A DNA stretch of 64,000 bases from Piromyces finnis finn (GCA_002104945.1 MCFH01000001.1:2356001-2420000), one strand, 5' to 3'. Counted from the stretch's first letter, positions 50,403 through 64,000 are shown. Numbers and translations: made by a program. Notes: generated by a model not told the origin, from the sequence alone.

Positions 50403-51274
50403 ATGAATAAATTAATTACTGTTTTATTATTTTATGGTAAAAATTATTAAGATATTTAAATAAATATATATTTCAATAAATAAAGTTATACTAAACTAAT
50501 ATTAACATGATTATTATTTGTTTATATATATTTTATTGTTTGTATCGATAATTATTAGTTTACGTATTTAGTGTTTCAGCATTAAATACCTTTATCGAAA
50601 ATGGACAGCGTCCTGAATTATTTGAATTAACAGACAATGAAATTGTCACTTTTAAAATTACTATACCCGATGAAGAATTTACATTGTTAAAAGAAAAAGC
50701 AAATGTTCAAGGTTTAACACCACCAATTTCAAACTTTACTCTTGAAATGGAACTTGGAAAACAAAGTTATCGTGTATATTTTGAAGAAATGCTTAATCAA
50801 AATTTCACAAAATTATTTCCAAATATTGATGTAAATGCTGAATTTCCTGGTTTTTTCATTGGTTCAGATGGATATGCTAATATAGATAAAATTATGGAAA
50901 ATCTTGATTTTGATCCAAAAAATTATAAAAATTTTGATTTTGTATGGGGAAATCTTGGATATCAAATATTAGCACTTGGAAAGTATGATTATGTACAATT
51001 ATTAGTAAAATATTTAGGAATGCTAGAAAATTTGAATACAGTAGATAAGGAAACTTTAGAATCAACTGAAACTCTAGCTACTAAAATTATTGAATCAACA
51101 AAAGTTAAACAAGATACTGAAATAAAATCAATTGCTAATAATATCTTGGAAACAACAACTAGCGAACAAAGTTCAAATATTAATTCAACAACAACTTTAG
51201 TTAATGATGAAAATATCCAACAAGGTATAAATATATTATTATTATTATTATTATTATTATAATCATTATCATAA

Positions 51275-51309
<35 letters not shown>

Positions 51310-53069
51310 ATCATTATCATAATCATTATTATTATTATTATTATTGTTAAATACATAAAAAATTTTAAATATAAAAAAAATAAAATTTTAATTTAATAAA
51401 TTTTAATTTAATTTAATATTAGAAAATGATAATGAAAATCAAGGTGATATGTCACAATTAATTAAATCTAATGATTTTAAAACTAAAAATGGAAAACTAA
51501 CAGTTGATATTGCAGGGTAAATTATGATAATTAAATAGTAATAATTAAAATATTGTCATATAATGATGATGTTGAAATAAGAGCAATTAAATGTTATTTT
51601 CAATTTAATTTATAATAATATAAAGGATTTTTATAATAATATTTTAATAAATATTTATATTTCTTTTTTTTTTTTTTAACTAAAATAAAATAAATAGAAT
51701 TCAAAAAAGTTTTGATGAAATTACTTTTTCTTTAAGTGGTCAATATTCTCGCTCTCTTGTTAAACCAAATTTCAATATAAAAATAAGAGGAAAGAAGGAT
51801 TTATTCGGAAGTTCTCAATTAAAGCTTCGTTCTGATTTAACTGAACCAACTTTCTTAAGATCAAAATTAACTTCTGATATTCATAAAAAACTAGGTATTG
51901 CTGGAATTTCAGCTAATTATGCTACTTTATATATTAATGGAGAATATATGGGATTATTTGTATTAACCGATGCTTACAAATTATCATGGATAAAACAAGT
52001 CTATGGAGAAAAAGACACCAAATTCTTATATAAATGTAACGGAGTGGCTTATCTTGATGTTGGAAGTGTTGATAAATGCACAAATGAAAATGATGAAGAT
52101 GATGTCACTGAATCAAACTTGGAATGGGCAGACTTTTTAGTTGCTATGACTAATGCTCAATCTGCTGAAGATATTGAAGACATATTTGAAGTCGATCATT
52201 TTATTAAAGAAATGGCCATTGAATATTTATTAGGATCATGGGATCATATTCAATTAGGTCATAATTACTATTTATATAAGCAACCAAATGGTAAATGGAT
52301 CTATTTAACTTATGACCATGATCATACTTTTGGTATTAATCTTGATAGAATATTTATTGGTTATTTCTTTGTAGATTTACCAGAAAGAAATGTAATGAAA
52401 GATTATCCAAACTTTTCATTTTCAGATTGGACTCAAAAGCATCAAATTATTCAAAAATTAATATTAAATGATCCAGCTCGCTTCAATCAAGCATTAAAAG
52501 AAATTGTTTCAGAAGTATTCAATCCAGCTATTCTTTTCCCACGTATTGATGAATTAAAAGAATTCATTAGATCCTATGCCGAAAAAGATTATACAGCTGA
52601 CGAAGAAGGAAAGTATCCAGGTAGAATTAATGCTCTTGGTATTAATCCATATACATTTGAACATTGGGAAGCTAATTCCGAATTTACATCAGTTACCACT
52701 CTTCAATACAATGCCTATGGTATTAAATATTGGATTCTTTCTAAATATCGTAATGTATGTAAAACTTATGATTTAGAATGTGATCCACTTTATCTTGATG
52801 AAAACTATGAATTTTCAATTGATGAAAATGTTCAATTTACTGGATATGATTTTTCTTCCTATCAAGCACCAGTTGAATATAATCCAACTACAGCCACCAC
52901 CACATTAATAGAAACAGAACCAACACCAAGTATTACTATTACTGAATCAAGTTCTATTGAAAATGAATTACCAACATCTGAATCTGATAATGAAATTGAA
53001 ATTGATGATGATGTTGAAATTGAAACTGAAAATGATTCTAGTGAATCGGAAACTGAAAGCATCTATTAA
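50403..53069 (+). CDS. cotH: CotH kinase copy B (4 exons, secreted, T/E/S-rich tail, no dockerin)
   Basis: MNKLITVLLFY/VYVFSVSA; introns in the same phases as copy A; open frame through KLRSDLTEPTFLRSKL, WDH..HNYY, YDHD to ..ETESIY*. Confidence 0.9.
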
Positions 53070-54015
53070 AATAACTATAATTAGAAAATGTTAAATTGAA
53101 TATTAAAAATAATAATAATTAGAAAACCTAAATTATAAAATAGAATTATAGAAAAGTAGTAAAAACTCCATGAAATTAATTAAATTATATATTTTTATAT
53201 ACTAATTTATTTATTGATTAAAATACTAATAAAAATGATATTTTTATTTCGAAATAAAGTAAATAATATAATAAAATACATATACCCATAGAAAAAATAT
53301 TATTAAAAGAGTAAGCAAAAATATGATATATAATATAATGTGATATTTTTTATGTTATTAAAATTGTTGTATTATTATAATAAAAATTTTTTATATTACT
53401 ATAATATAATACTTTTAAATTTTATATGTTTGATAGATTTATACTATAATCATAAATATAGTTAATTTGTTATAATAATATTAACTTTAAATATTATAAT
53501 TATTGTAGATAATACTTTATATTTGTTATACTATGTATGGTGTTTAAGAAATTAATTATTTGATATTATATATATATGATCATGGTGTGAATAAACAACG
53601 CTAAAAATATTTCACTATTAGAGTATTCATATAATAAATAGTTTGATATATTATTAATATAATTTAATAGAAATATGATAATCCTATATAATTAATGTAC
53701 AAATGATTTTATAAATTATAAATTTTTAGTTGTTGTTTAAGATTACTTTAATTTATAGAAATAACAAAGGAATAAATTATTATAGATTTAATGAATTATT
53801 AACAATGTATTTTCATTTTATTCAAATTAAATATTATTTTATAATATTACATAAAAAGAATGTTATATGCTATTATATAATAAATATATTTATACTTTTT
53901 TTAGATTATTCATCAAATTTAACAAATGTGGAATGTGGAATATTAAAATATATTATTATAATTTTATTGAAATTTAACTTTTTTCTTTTTTGTTTCTTCT
54001 TAGTATAAATACTAA

Positions 54016-54557
54016 ATGAATAAATTAATTACTGTTTTATTATTTTATGGAAAAATTATTAAGATATTTAAATAAATATATATTTCAATAAATAAAGTTA
54101 TACTAAACTAATATTAACATGATTATTATTTGTTTATATATATTTTATTGTTTGTATCGATAATTATTAGTTTAAGTATTTAGTGTTTCAGCATTAAATA
54201 CCTTTATCGAAAATGGACAGCGTCCTGAATTATTTGAATTAACAGACAATGAAATTGTCACTTTTAAAATTACTATACCCGATGAAGAATTTACATTGTT
54301 AAAAGAAAAAGCAAATGTTCAAGGTTTAACACCACCAATTTCAAACTTTACTCTTGAAATGGAACTTGGAAAACAAAGTTATCGTGTATATTTTGAAGAA
54401 ATGCTTAATCAAAATTTCACAAATTATTTCCAAATATTGATGTAAATGCTGAATTTCCTAGTTTTTTCATTGGTTCAGATGGATATGCTAATATAGATAA
54501 AATTATGGAAAAACTTGTTTTGATTTTTATAATAATATTTTAATAAATATTTATATT

Positions 54558-54596
<39 letters not shown>

Positions 54597-54848
54597 TAAA
54601 ATAAAATAAATAGAATTCAAAAAAGTTTTGATGAAATTACTTTTTCTTTAAGTTATTAATATTCTCGCTCTCTTGTTAAACCAAATTTCAATATAAAAAT
54701 AAGAGGAAAGAAGGATTTATTTAGAAGTTCTCAATTAAAGTTTCGTTCTGATTTAACTGAACCAACTTTCTTAAGATCAAAATTAACTTCTGATAATGAA
54801 ATTGAAATTGGAAATGATGTTGAAATTGAAACTGAAAATGATTCTGGA
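54016..54848 (+). pseudogene. cotH: CotH copy C relic with two internal deletions
   Basis: Near-identical to copy B, but the first donor has lost its T (GGAAAA vs GGTAAAA) and ~714 bp and 1110 bp segments are missing. Confidence 0.92.
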
Positions 54849-55297
54849 ACCTGATAATATTCAATAAGCCGAAAAATAAACAAAAATAAAATTAAATCAA
54901 GAAAAATAAATATTAAAGAAATAATAGAATATTATCAATAAGAATATAAATATTAAAGAATTTTTAATTTTAAAAAATAGTAGGTTCAGTTATACAAGAT
55001 CTAGTACAATTTCCCATTTTTTAGAGGGGTCAAATCCTCCCCCTCAAAAATAATAAGAAAGTATACTAGATCATATTGATAAAAAATTATAATTAAGTAG
55101 AATTATTATTATTGTTATTATTATTATTTATTTATTTATATATTTTATGAAAAATATAAATAAAAACAATTTTAATTGCAGAATATATTACTTTCTATAT
55201 TTTAATACACTTAAATAAACAGTTATTTAAATAATAATAAAAGTAGCATATATATAATATATAATATGACTTGTTATAATAAAAATATAATTATTAA

Positions 55298-58200
55298 TTA
55301 TGAGAAAAATTTTCTAACAAGCTTAGTAGTGCTTTTAATAATAAAATATAAACATACTGTATTTTTTAGTGAATTTATAATTTTTGAAGTATTGCTTCCT
55401 TCGGATGTAATCCCTAAAATTTCCATTATATTATTTATTCTTTTTGTGAGATTATTTTTGTTATTTTCTAAAGAGGTATGTTTTATTAAATCACAAGTTT
55501 CATTTTCATTGTTGTTTTTTTCAATATTACGCTCAGCATTATTATCTTGTTTCAAATATTTATAATTTTTCATTTTTTCATTTATTCCTGAAATGATTTC
55601 CATGAGTTGTACTTGATGTTGACTAATGATATTTATTTCGTTTGTTAGATGTTCTAAAATCATCCAATGTTTTTCTATAGTTTTGTTTTGTTCTTCTGAT
55701 ATATTATTGTTTTTATTTTGTTGGCTATTGAATTGATCTATTATATTCTTTATTAAATTTATATTTTCTTTTTGTTGGACATTAGTGTTTTCAGTAGTAT
55801 GGGAATAAAGATCCATTAATATTGCTTGGTTTTCCTTAATAACATTTATTGTATTAATTATACTGTTTAATTTATTATTATTATCATTACTATTATTGCT
55901 GTTGTTATTATCATTTATATTTATATTATCTATTGTTTCCAATTTATCAAGAATACTTTTTACGAAAAATTTATTTTCTTCCTCGAGTAATACCATTTTT
56001 TGAGGAATATCAGAATAATTATTCATGCATTGATTTTGATATTGGTTTAATGAATTCTTAATTTCATTTATTATCTTATCTATAATATTATTATTCATAG
56101 CATTTTTGAAATCTAATAAGACATTTTCATAATTTTTATTATTTTCATTCATTACATTTATGATGCTATTAATTTTATTAGTATTTTCATTTTTTTGAGT
56201 ATTTAACATATTCACTACTTCATTTAATTTATTATCACTGGTTATAGTGAAAGAATTTATTTTATCATTAGTGCTTGCATAATATTCTATCAATTTTTCT
56301 TGATTTTTTTTTATTAATTTGTATTCATTTGTATAATCTTCTAATTTCTGCACTATATCATTAAGTACAATTTTATTTTCTTTGTTACTTTCATTCATCT
56401 GATTTACAGAAATTTTAAGTTCACGATCTTCTTCATGATAATTAAGGGCTCCTTCCATTTCTTGCTTATGCTCGTTCATTATATTTTTCATTATTGTATT
56501 AATATTTTCATTATTCTTCTCTTGAATTTTTATGAATAAATCATTAAACATTTTATTATTATCTTCTTTAATTGAGTTTAACTTTTCACTATATTCTTTA
56601 TATCTTGTCTCGTTTTCATTTAATTGATCATATTTTTTCTTCATTTGATCATTCATAATTTGCTTATATTCATCATTACTATTATTAATTTGGTTAATTA
56701 TACTTTTGATCATATTATTATTTTCATCCTGAAAGGCATTGGATTTTTCGATGGCTTCTGTGTAGAATTCCATGATTTTATTTTGATTCTGATATAAAGT
56801 GCTCATATCATTAATAATTTTTTCAAATTTTTTATTAACCTCTAATGTACTTTCATCTTTGTCATCTTTAATAAATTTAATTATTTGATTCACTATTTGT
56901 TTATTTTCTTCATTATTATTATTATTATTATTATTATTCATTATGTCAAGAATTAGATTTTTACATTCATCTTGATATTTTGTTAAATTATTCCAATTTT
57001 GTAAAGTTTGAGAATTAGATTCAATCAATATGCTTTGATTCTTATTCATATCCTGAATGTCATAAACAATTTTATTTAACACATTCATATGATTAGTAAA
57101 TTCAGTTATCATTTCATTGATAGCACTTTTATTATTGTCAGTATTCATATCTATTTTAGTTACAAAACTTTTTATAAAGTTTTGATTTTCATTATGATTG
57201 AAATCAATTCTATTCAATAGTTCATTCATTTTACTACTGTTTTCTTCATTAGAATTGTTGATTTTTGTGATGATATCCAAAATGGTTTTCTTGTTATTAC
57301 TATCATAATTATCAATTTTTGTCATAATCACATCCATTTTATTTTTATTTTCTTCATAATTACTTTCTATTTTATTTCCAATATCTTCTATTAATTTTTT
57401 ATTATCATACTGTATATTATCTAACTTTTCGTTTGTTTCAGAATAACTATCTTTCAATTGACACTGGTTTTGACTTATGGAAATCATAGTATTATTCATA
57501 TTTTCTAATTTGCTACATTCATTTTGAATTTTTCTACTTTCTTCATAATAATTATCTATTTTTTCTATAACACGGTTAATCATGGATTTACTTTCATCAT
57601 TATTATTTGTTATTTTATTTATAATATTGTTTATTAAATTTCTACTTTCATCTTTATTATTCAAAAGTGTATTAAATTTTTCTTTATTTTCAATATTACT
57701 TTTATCTATTTTTTGGCTTATGTCATGAAGTAAAGTTTCATTTTTATCATTATATAAGCGATTTTTTTCTGTTGTTTCTGTATATAATTTTAACAATTGA
57801 GACTGTTGTTGATTTAATGTTTCTATGTCAGTACACATTTTTTCATAATTTTTAATTTCATTTGATAGAATTGTATTATTCTCACGATTATTATATTCAA
57901 CCTTATTTATCTTTTTCATAAGCATTTCATTTTCATTTTGGAGATGTTCCAATTTTTCAGAAGTGTTGATATGAATCTCCAATAATTTTTCTTGATCATC
58001 TTGAATAAGTTGAATATTATTTTGAATTTCATCCAATTTATTAATTTTTTTTTCATTAGCTTTAATATGTTCTTCATGATTACATTCCATTTTATTAATA
58101 ATATTATTTATTAAATCCTTACTTTCCTTATTATTTTTTTCCATCTTATTCATGATATTTTTAATTTTATATTCATTTTTATCTTTAATATTATTTACTT

Positions 58201-61081
58201 TCTTTGTTATTTCAATAGAAAGCCTCATTAATCGATTTTGATTTTGATTAATACTTTTAATAATATTACTCACACTATCTATACTATTTAATTCACTTGA
58301 AATTGTTTGATATTGTAGTTGAATGTTTTCGATAGTAGTAGCGATCTCATTTATTAATATTTTATTTTCATTTTGGTTATCACTAAGTAATAATTTAATC
58401 TCAGCTTGGTTAACATTATAATTATCTTGGTAACCATTAATTTTATCTAGAGCATCGGAACATATATTTATTAGTTTTAATTGATGCTCATTTAAATTAT
58501 TTAGCTCTTGATTTATATGTTTTGATTCATTTTCGTTAAAACTCTTTAAATCTTCATTTATTATTCTATTGCTTTCTTCTATCTGACTTACACCATTATT
58601 CAATATACTTTCTTGACTTTGTTCGAGATTATTGATTGCTTTACTAATATTAGTTAATTTTGTACAATATTTATTTGAATTAGATGAAAAAAGTTGATTA
58701 AATGAATTTTCCATCGAAGTTATTGAAGTTGATATTTCTTTTGAAACAGCTTTTAAGTCAGATTGAAGTTGTTTTAAGTATTGCGTATATTCATCCAATC
58801 TATTATTATCAATAATATTTTGAGGAGGTTCTATTTCTTTTAAGGCATTTATAATTCGAGAAGCTGAAACTGTAGAATTTGTTTCAATTTGATTAGTAAT
58901 ATTATCTAGTTTTCCAATAATATAGTCATAAATACTATTGGCTATATTTATATTATTACTAGAACCTTCATTCTCCATAGATGATTCTGATTGTATTATA
59001 AATGGCTTTAATTCGTCCGAATTAATATTTAAATGTTTTGATATAGATGGAAATAGTTCCATTATGAGTGTTTGATTTTTACAAATTTCATTAATACTAT
59101 CCATAATATTATCAAATTTATGATTAATACTAATACCATTACTGCTATTACAAACAGTACAACTTCCATTTTTCATTATACTTAATGTATTATTTTCACT
59201 TTCAATATATTTTTCTTTTTCATTTATTTCTTTTAATTTATCTGGAGATATTATTATTATATCATCAATTTGAACATTATCATTTTCAATTGTGTCAGGA
59301 TCATATATTTCGTTTTTTACATCAGTACAATTTTCTTTGTCAATTTCTTTTATTTCATCTTCATGTTGTTGATCTAAATTAACTATTTCTTGACTTAATT
59401 TTGAATTTCTATAATTTTCATTATTTGCATTTACAACTAACAATTCTTTTATTTTAGCTAATTCTAAATTAGAAAGTCTTTTAATTTCAGATATTTCAAT
59501 ATTAGAAAGTCTTTTAACATTAGAAATCTCCATTTTGGAAAGTTTTTCATTTAAATTAAAAATTTGTATTTCCAATTGTTTTTTACTTTCTTCGAGGGAT
59601 TGATTATTTTTTTTATAAAACTCCACCAAATTAGTTAGTCGAGAATTTTCTCCTTTTAAGTTATTTTCATTTACTTGAAGATTATTTACCTCTTGCTTTA
59701 AATTATCAAATGAACGTTTTGATATCTTTGGTATCAATTGGTTAATTGCATCATACCATATCTCTGTAGTTTCCAATGAATTAGTTGCTAAAACAAGCTC
59801 ATTTTTTCTTAATAATAATTTAAATTCAAAATGTTGGGTAGTTAATATAGAATTATTAGATGTTGTATTAAAAATTATATCTGAACAATCTGATAAATCA
59901 ACTGTAAATAATGGTTGTGATTTTGAATCCTATTTATTATAATGATGAGATTTTAAATCGAAAATATTTAATATTATTAAGCTAAAATATTAATATTTAT
60001 TTTTGACTATTGATTTATTATATTCATAAATATTTAAATTACTTGATCTGTTCTATAAAAGTATAAAATTCCAGCTTTTAACATTCTTTTCTTAGCAACC
60101 ATATAATAATTTTTATAAGTCTTTTAATAAAAAACATAAAAACATTATAAATAATATTTATAAATTATCAAATATATATAGTTTATAATAATTATAATAG
60201 ATTAATACAATTTTTTTTATTATGTCTTTTTTTATTATTTTAAACTAAGTGTATTCATTAATGTATTCATACCTGAAGTTTTCTTTTACGTTGAATCCAT
60301 CCTTCCATAACAATCTTTATTTATATAAAAATATATAAATATACTTAAAACTAAATTTTTATATTTATTTTTAATATTATATTTAATACATATTTTTATT
60401 ACCTCAGAATTCAGATTGATGGAAGAAATATTTGATACAGAACTAACGAATGATGTATTTTGAGTATCAAAATTTAGGAGATTATTGTCTTCATTAACAT
60501 TTGAAACAAATGAGGAATTTTTATTCAATGCACTAATATTAGAATAATAACTACAATTACTAAACCCACTTTCTGATTCATCATCAGAAGTTAAATTTGT
60601 TGAATTACTATTCAACATATTGATAGATTTTAAAGGTATAAGAGAAGAATTCATATAATGCTTTGGTTTTATTAATTCACCATCTATGTATTTTTTTGGT
60701 TTTAAAGTATTTTCTACATCACTATAATGTATTGGCTTTATAATATTATTTAAATCCTTATTTGTAATATCAGAAGGTGGGATTGAAGATATGTCAATGG
60801 ATGATCTTTTTTATTATATTATTTTGCAAATATTAATTAAAATATAATATACATCGATTTATAAATATATATATTAAAATGAAGTAAAATATGTATATAT
60901 AATATAATAAGTACTTTGTATTATTATAAGAAAGAGTTTTTAAAAGATTTTCATTTTTCGATAATCTTGATGAAGATTTTGTTTTCTTTTTATTTAATGG
61001 CTTAAATTGCCTATTATGTATATTATCTGAACCCAATTTAGTTTCATCCAACTTATTTAATGAATATTCAGATTGACTCAT
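55298..61081 (-). CDS. Large N/K/E-rich coiled-coil protein, multi-exon; includes a ~4.4-kb exon
   Basis: 1492-aa ORF with heptad periodicity. ORFs 60286-60654 and 60833-61081 are in the same orientation and end in intron-like AT tails. Gene ends are uncertain. Confidence 0.7.
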
Positions 61082-62215
61082 TTTTTCATAAATATTATTT
61101 ATTTATAATTAATATAATAACATTAAAAAAGAAATGAACATTAGAATCATAATATTTATCTATTATTTTAATATTTTATTATTATTATAAAATCGTAGAT
61201 AATAAATAATGATACTTTAATTATTTTTATATAAAAAGAGATAAAATTAACAAAGTTAATAAAAATAGAATTTAAATGGATATTAATAGAAAATATATAT
61301 ATTAATGTTTGAGATTAACTCTTTTAATATAAAAAGTTTATTTTTTCTTTAAGATAATAATTAAAAACTTTTAATATAGTGCAAGATATGAAAATGCTTT
61401 AGTATTTTTGTGTTAAGGAAAAATCTTTTAAAGTTATAATATTTGTTATAGATATAATTAAAAATACTTATTTTTTGTTAAATATAATTTATATTATATT
61501 ATTTTAATACAACTTAAATTCTTTTAATTAATTATTATAAATAGCATATATTCATATTCATATTTCTTTCTTTTTTATTAATTTTATATGGTTTTTATTA
61601 ATCTATATTCCAATACCAAAATAATTCTTTTTTATTATTATTATTATTATATTTGTTTTTATTACTTTTTTAAAATTTATAGATTATTTTTAAAAATTAT
61701 AGATGAAAAATCAATCTAAAATTTAAACTTTTTAAGTTTCACAAATTTTGATTTTCATCATTTTTTTTTTAAAAAATATATTTTATATAATATATAATTA
61801 TATAAAAAAAAAAAAAAAAAGAATTTTTTGCCATATTTTAATGAATATTAGATATATTTTTAATAATAATTATATTTATTTTATTATTTAAATAAAAAGA
61901 AATTATTTTAATTATCTTCTCATTATAACTATACAAAAATATATAATGTTGTAACAATTGTTTCTAAAAATATTTAATAAACAAAAATTAATAAAAAAAT
62001 ATTACATTATGAGCTCATGGGAGAGTCTAGTGGACATCACACTATCATACCTGATGTTACTTCTCTTTTTTATTTCATAATTTATTAGGTAGGGACCAAT
62101 CCTACACAATACGAATTGCAGAGTTCATTGAACTTTTATGCAACTTTAACAGTTATTCTATTTTATTTTATATTTATATTTATATATATATATATTATTA
62201 TTATTTTTATTTATT

Positions 62216-62747
62216 GTCGTTCCAGTTTTTATCCTGGTTGTTAAGGCGTTTCCTTAGCATACATAAGGCTTCTGGTTCGACCCCGCAGATGTCAGTGCCT
62301 GTGGATTTTCCCACTGGGTTTGCCATGGGTTGGGTTATGATATTCAGGTAAGTATAAATGAACTTTCTAATTTACTACTATGATAATAACACTCGTCTAG
62401 CCGGCCTGAGAGGGTCTAGTGTACATGGTACATTCCAAATTAGAACTTAATAAGTGGTGACTTAGGCTATGCCAAAAACACATAATATTCCTTAATCAAT
62501 TTAAGTGTAAACATTAGGGGGCGGTTGACACGTGATCAAATTGACTATAAGAGGCTTAGCATTGTAGTTGTGAAATATCGTACAACGACATGCATCTAAT
62601 GTACATGGATTAAGTGAGCGTCGAAGCTGAAGAAACAGTATGACAGACCAGGAGGGTCACAACCACCTAGCAATAGGAATGAGCCAACGTTTCTCTAAGA
62701 ACCACCATTGGAGCTAACTCTGATCGATGGGAGAAATGCACTCGGAA

Positions 62748-62789
<42 letters not shown>
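62216..62789 (+). mobile_element. Candidate tRNA-Ala-derived SINE
   Basis: tRNA-like head with anticodon-loop-like TTAGCAT (62254-62260) and B box GGTTCGACCCC (62274-62284). GC-enriched non-coding body, A39 tail (62751-62789), and flanking TTTTTATTTATT on both sides (62204-62215 / 62790-62801). Confidence 0.6.
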
Positions 62790-62793
<4 letters not shown>

Positions 62794-64000
62794 TATTTAT
62801 TATTATATCAATATGTATTATCACCTAATAAAATGTAATATTTCAATTAAATAAATAAATACAAGAAGTGTATATCTCTTCCTAGTCTAAAAAAGTATAT
62901 ATATATTCTCAATATAAAGTATTTCAAATATCGAAAAACTTTATAAATTTAAACCATTCCTTTTAGTTACTCATAATAACAAAGTACAAACTTATATTTT
63001 ATTAAAACCTTCAACATATAATTTTACAAAAAGCAGAACAAAAAGAATATTTAAACATGATAAATTTGAATAGATATATAAAAGCACTTTACATTCATTG
63101 ATATAAATGAATGATTATACTTAAATTTTCCAATAACGAAAATAATAATAAAAATATTATTAAATATATATAAACTATATCAATATATCATATATATCAT
63201 ATATATCATATATATAATGTATTATTGGTATAATTAAATAGTAAATACTAGGTATGTTTAAAGGAATACATATTTGTATCATGTTATTTTTGATATAATT
63301 AAATGAAATAAATATATTTTAGTATATATGTGGCGTAGGTATGGTATAATATTGTAATGGGTAAATATAATTCTATCATAATTAAATGAGAAAAATGTTT
63401 ATAAATCACATTTATAATCACATGATTATGACACTAATTTTATTCAATTTAAAGCAAATTAATAAATAGAATATTGTTATTATTAATAATACTATTTTTT
63501 TATATAGTATTGATATAAGAATGTAATATGAATAAAAAATGATGTAATATGAAATAAAATATTATATAAATTTTAATTATTAATAAATAAATTAATTTAA
63601 TAATTATATAAAAATAAATTAAATTGAAATATGTTTTTAACGTGATTTAAGTATACTGTGGCGTATGGGTTTTTTATGAGAATATATTATTAAAAAATAA
63701 TTATATTTAAGAAAAATATTATAATTGTGAAGTCCTTATTATATAAATGTCACCCATATAGTTAAAAAAATATATAAATTGATTTTATAATTAAAAGTTT
63801 ATTCATTTGTATAAAAATAAATATAATATTTATAAATAATTATTAAATAATTATTATTATTATCAATCGAAATCACATATCCTTTATATAGTATTAACTG
63901 ACATTGATTTTTAAAAATAATTTAAAAGACACACTTTGGAAAATAAGAATAATGTTTAGAAAATTAACCAATAATAATTAAGAAATTTCAATTACACAAA

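Noticed and set aside
51236-51346. Regularly spaced repeats (TTA runs alternating with TAATCATTATCA) that might suggest a CRISPR-like array
   Set aside because: Compound microsatellite in a CotH intron; no unique spacers, eukaryotic context, no cas genes.
62085-62155. H/ACA snoRNA-like layout (hairpin-ACAATA-hairpin-ACA)
   Set aside because: The hairpins are too short and lack pseudouridylation pockets at the 14-16 nt distance.
62345-62355. Minus strand ATACTTACCTG equals the 5' end of U1 snRNA
   Set aside because: No U1 loop I (GATCACGAAG), loop II (ATTGCACT) or Sm site follows; it is simply a consensus 5' splice site on the plus strand.
62398-62415. TAGCCGGCCTGAGAGGGT resembles a bacterial 16S rRNA segment
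   Set aside because: The similarity stops after 18 nt on both sides and no other rRNA motif is present.
62627-62700. CTGAAGA hammerhead-like core in the SINE body
   Set aside because: No stem II closed by GAAA and no NUH cleavage site with stems I/III could be built.
63328-63670. Two TGTGGCGTA motifs resembling tRNA A boxes
   Set aside because: No B box or cloverleaf downstream of either.

Overview
This is a very AT-rich eukaryotic window with short GT-AG introns. The CotH-dockerin, CE6 and Cys-rich gene content points to an anaerobic gut fungus (Neocallimastigomycota). From left to right it holds: the 3' part of a decayed P5B-type ATPase; a head-to-head pair of intronless metacaspases; a CotH kinase with two fungal dockerins; an orphan ORF; and a diverged solo LTR. 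Next come a four-copy CE6 acetylxylan-esterase array (one pseudogene, three with GPI-like tails, two identical over 792 bp), an alpha/beta-hydrolase, a GT2 pseudogene, a Cys-rich gene and a 13-exon severin/gelsolin-like gene. The centre is a 13.1-kb nest of two young Ty3/Gypsy LTR retrotransposons. The outer element has a tRNA-Ala primer site, a -1 frameshift signal, identical LTRs and a 4-bp TSD. Its pol is split by an antisense chromovirus with a Tf1-type self-priming PBS and a 5-bp TSD. The right end has a three-copy CotH array (nonsense allele, intact copy, deleted relic), a large coiled-coil gene, and a candidate tRNA-Ala-derived SINE with an A39 tail and a possible TSD. All calls are from reading the sequence by eye; no database searches were run.
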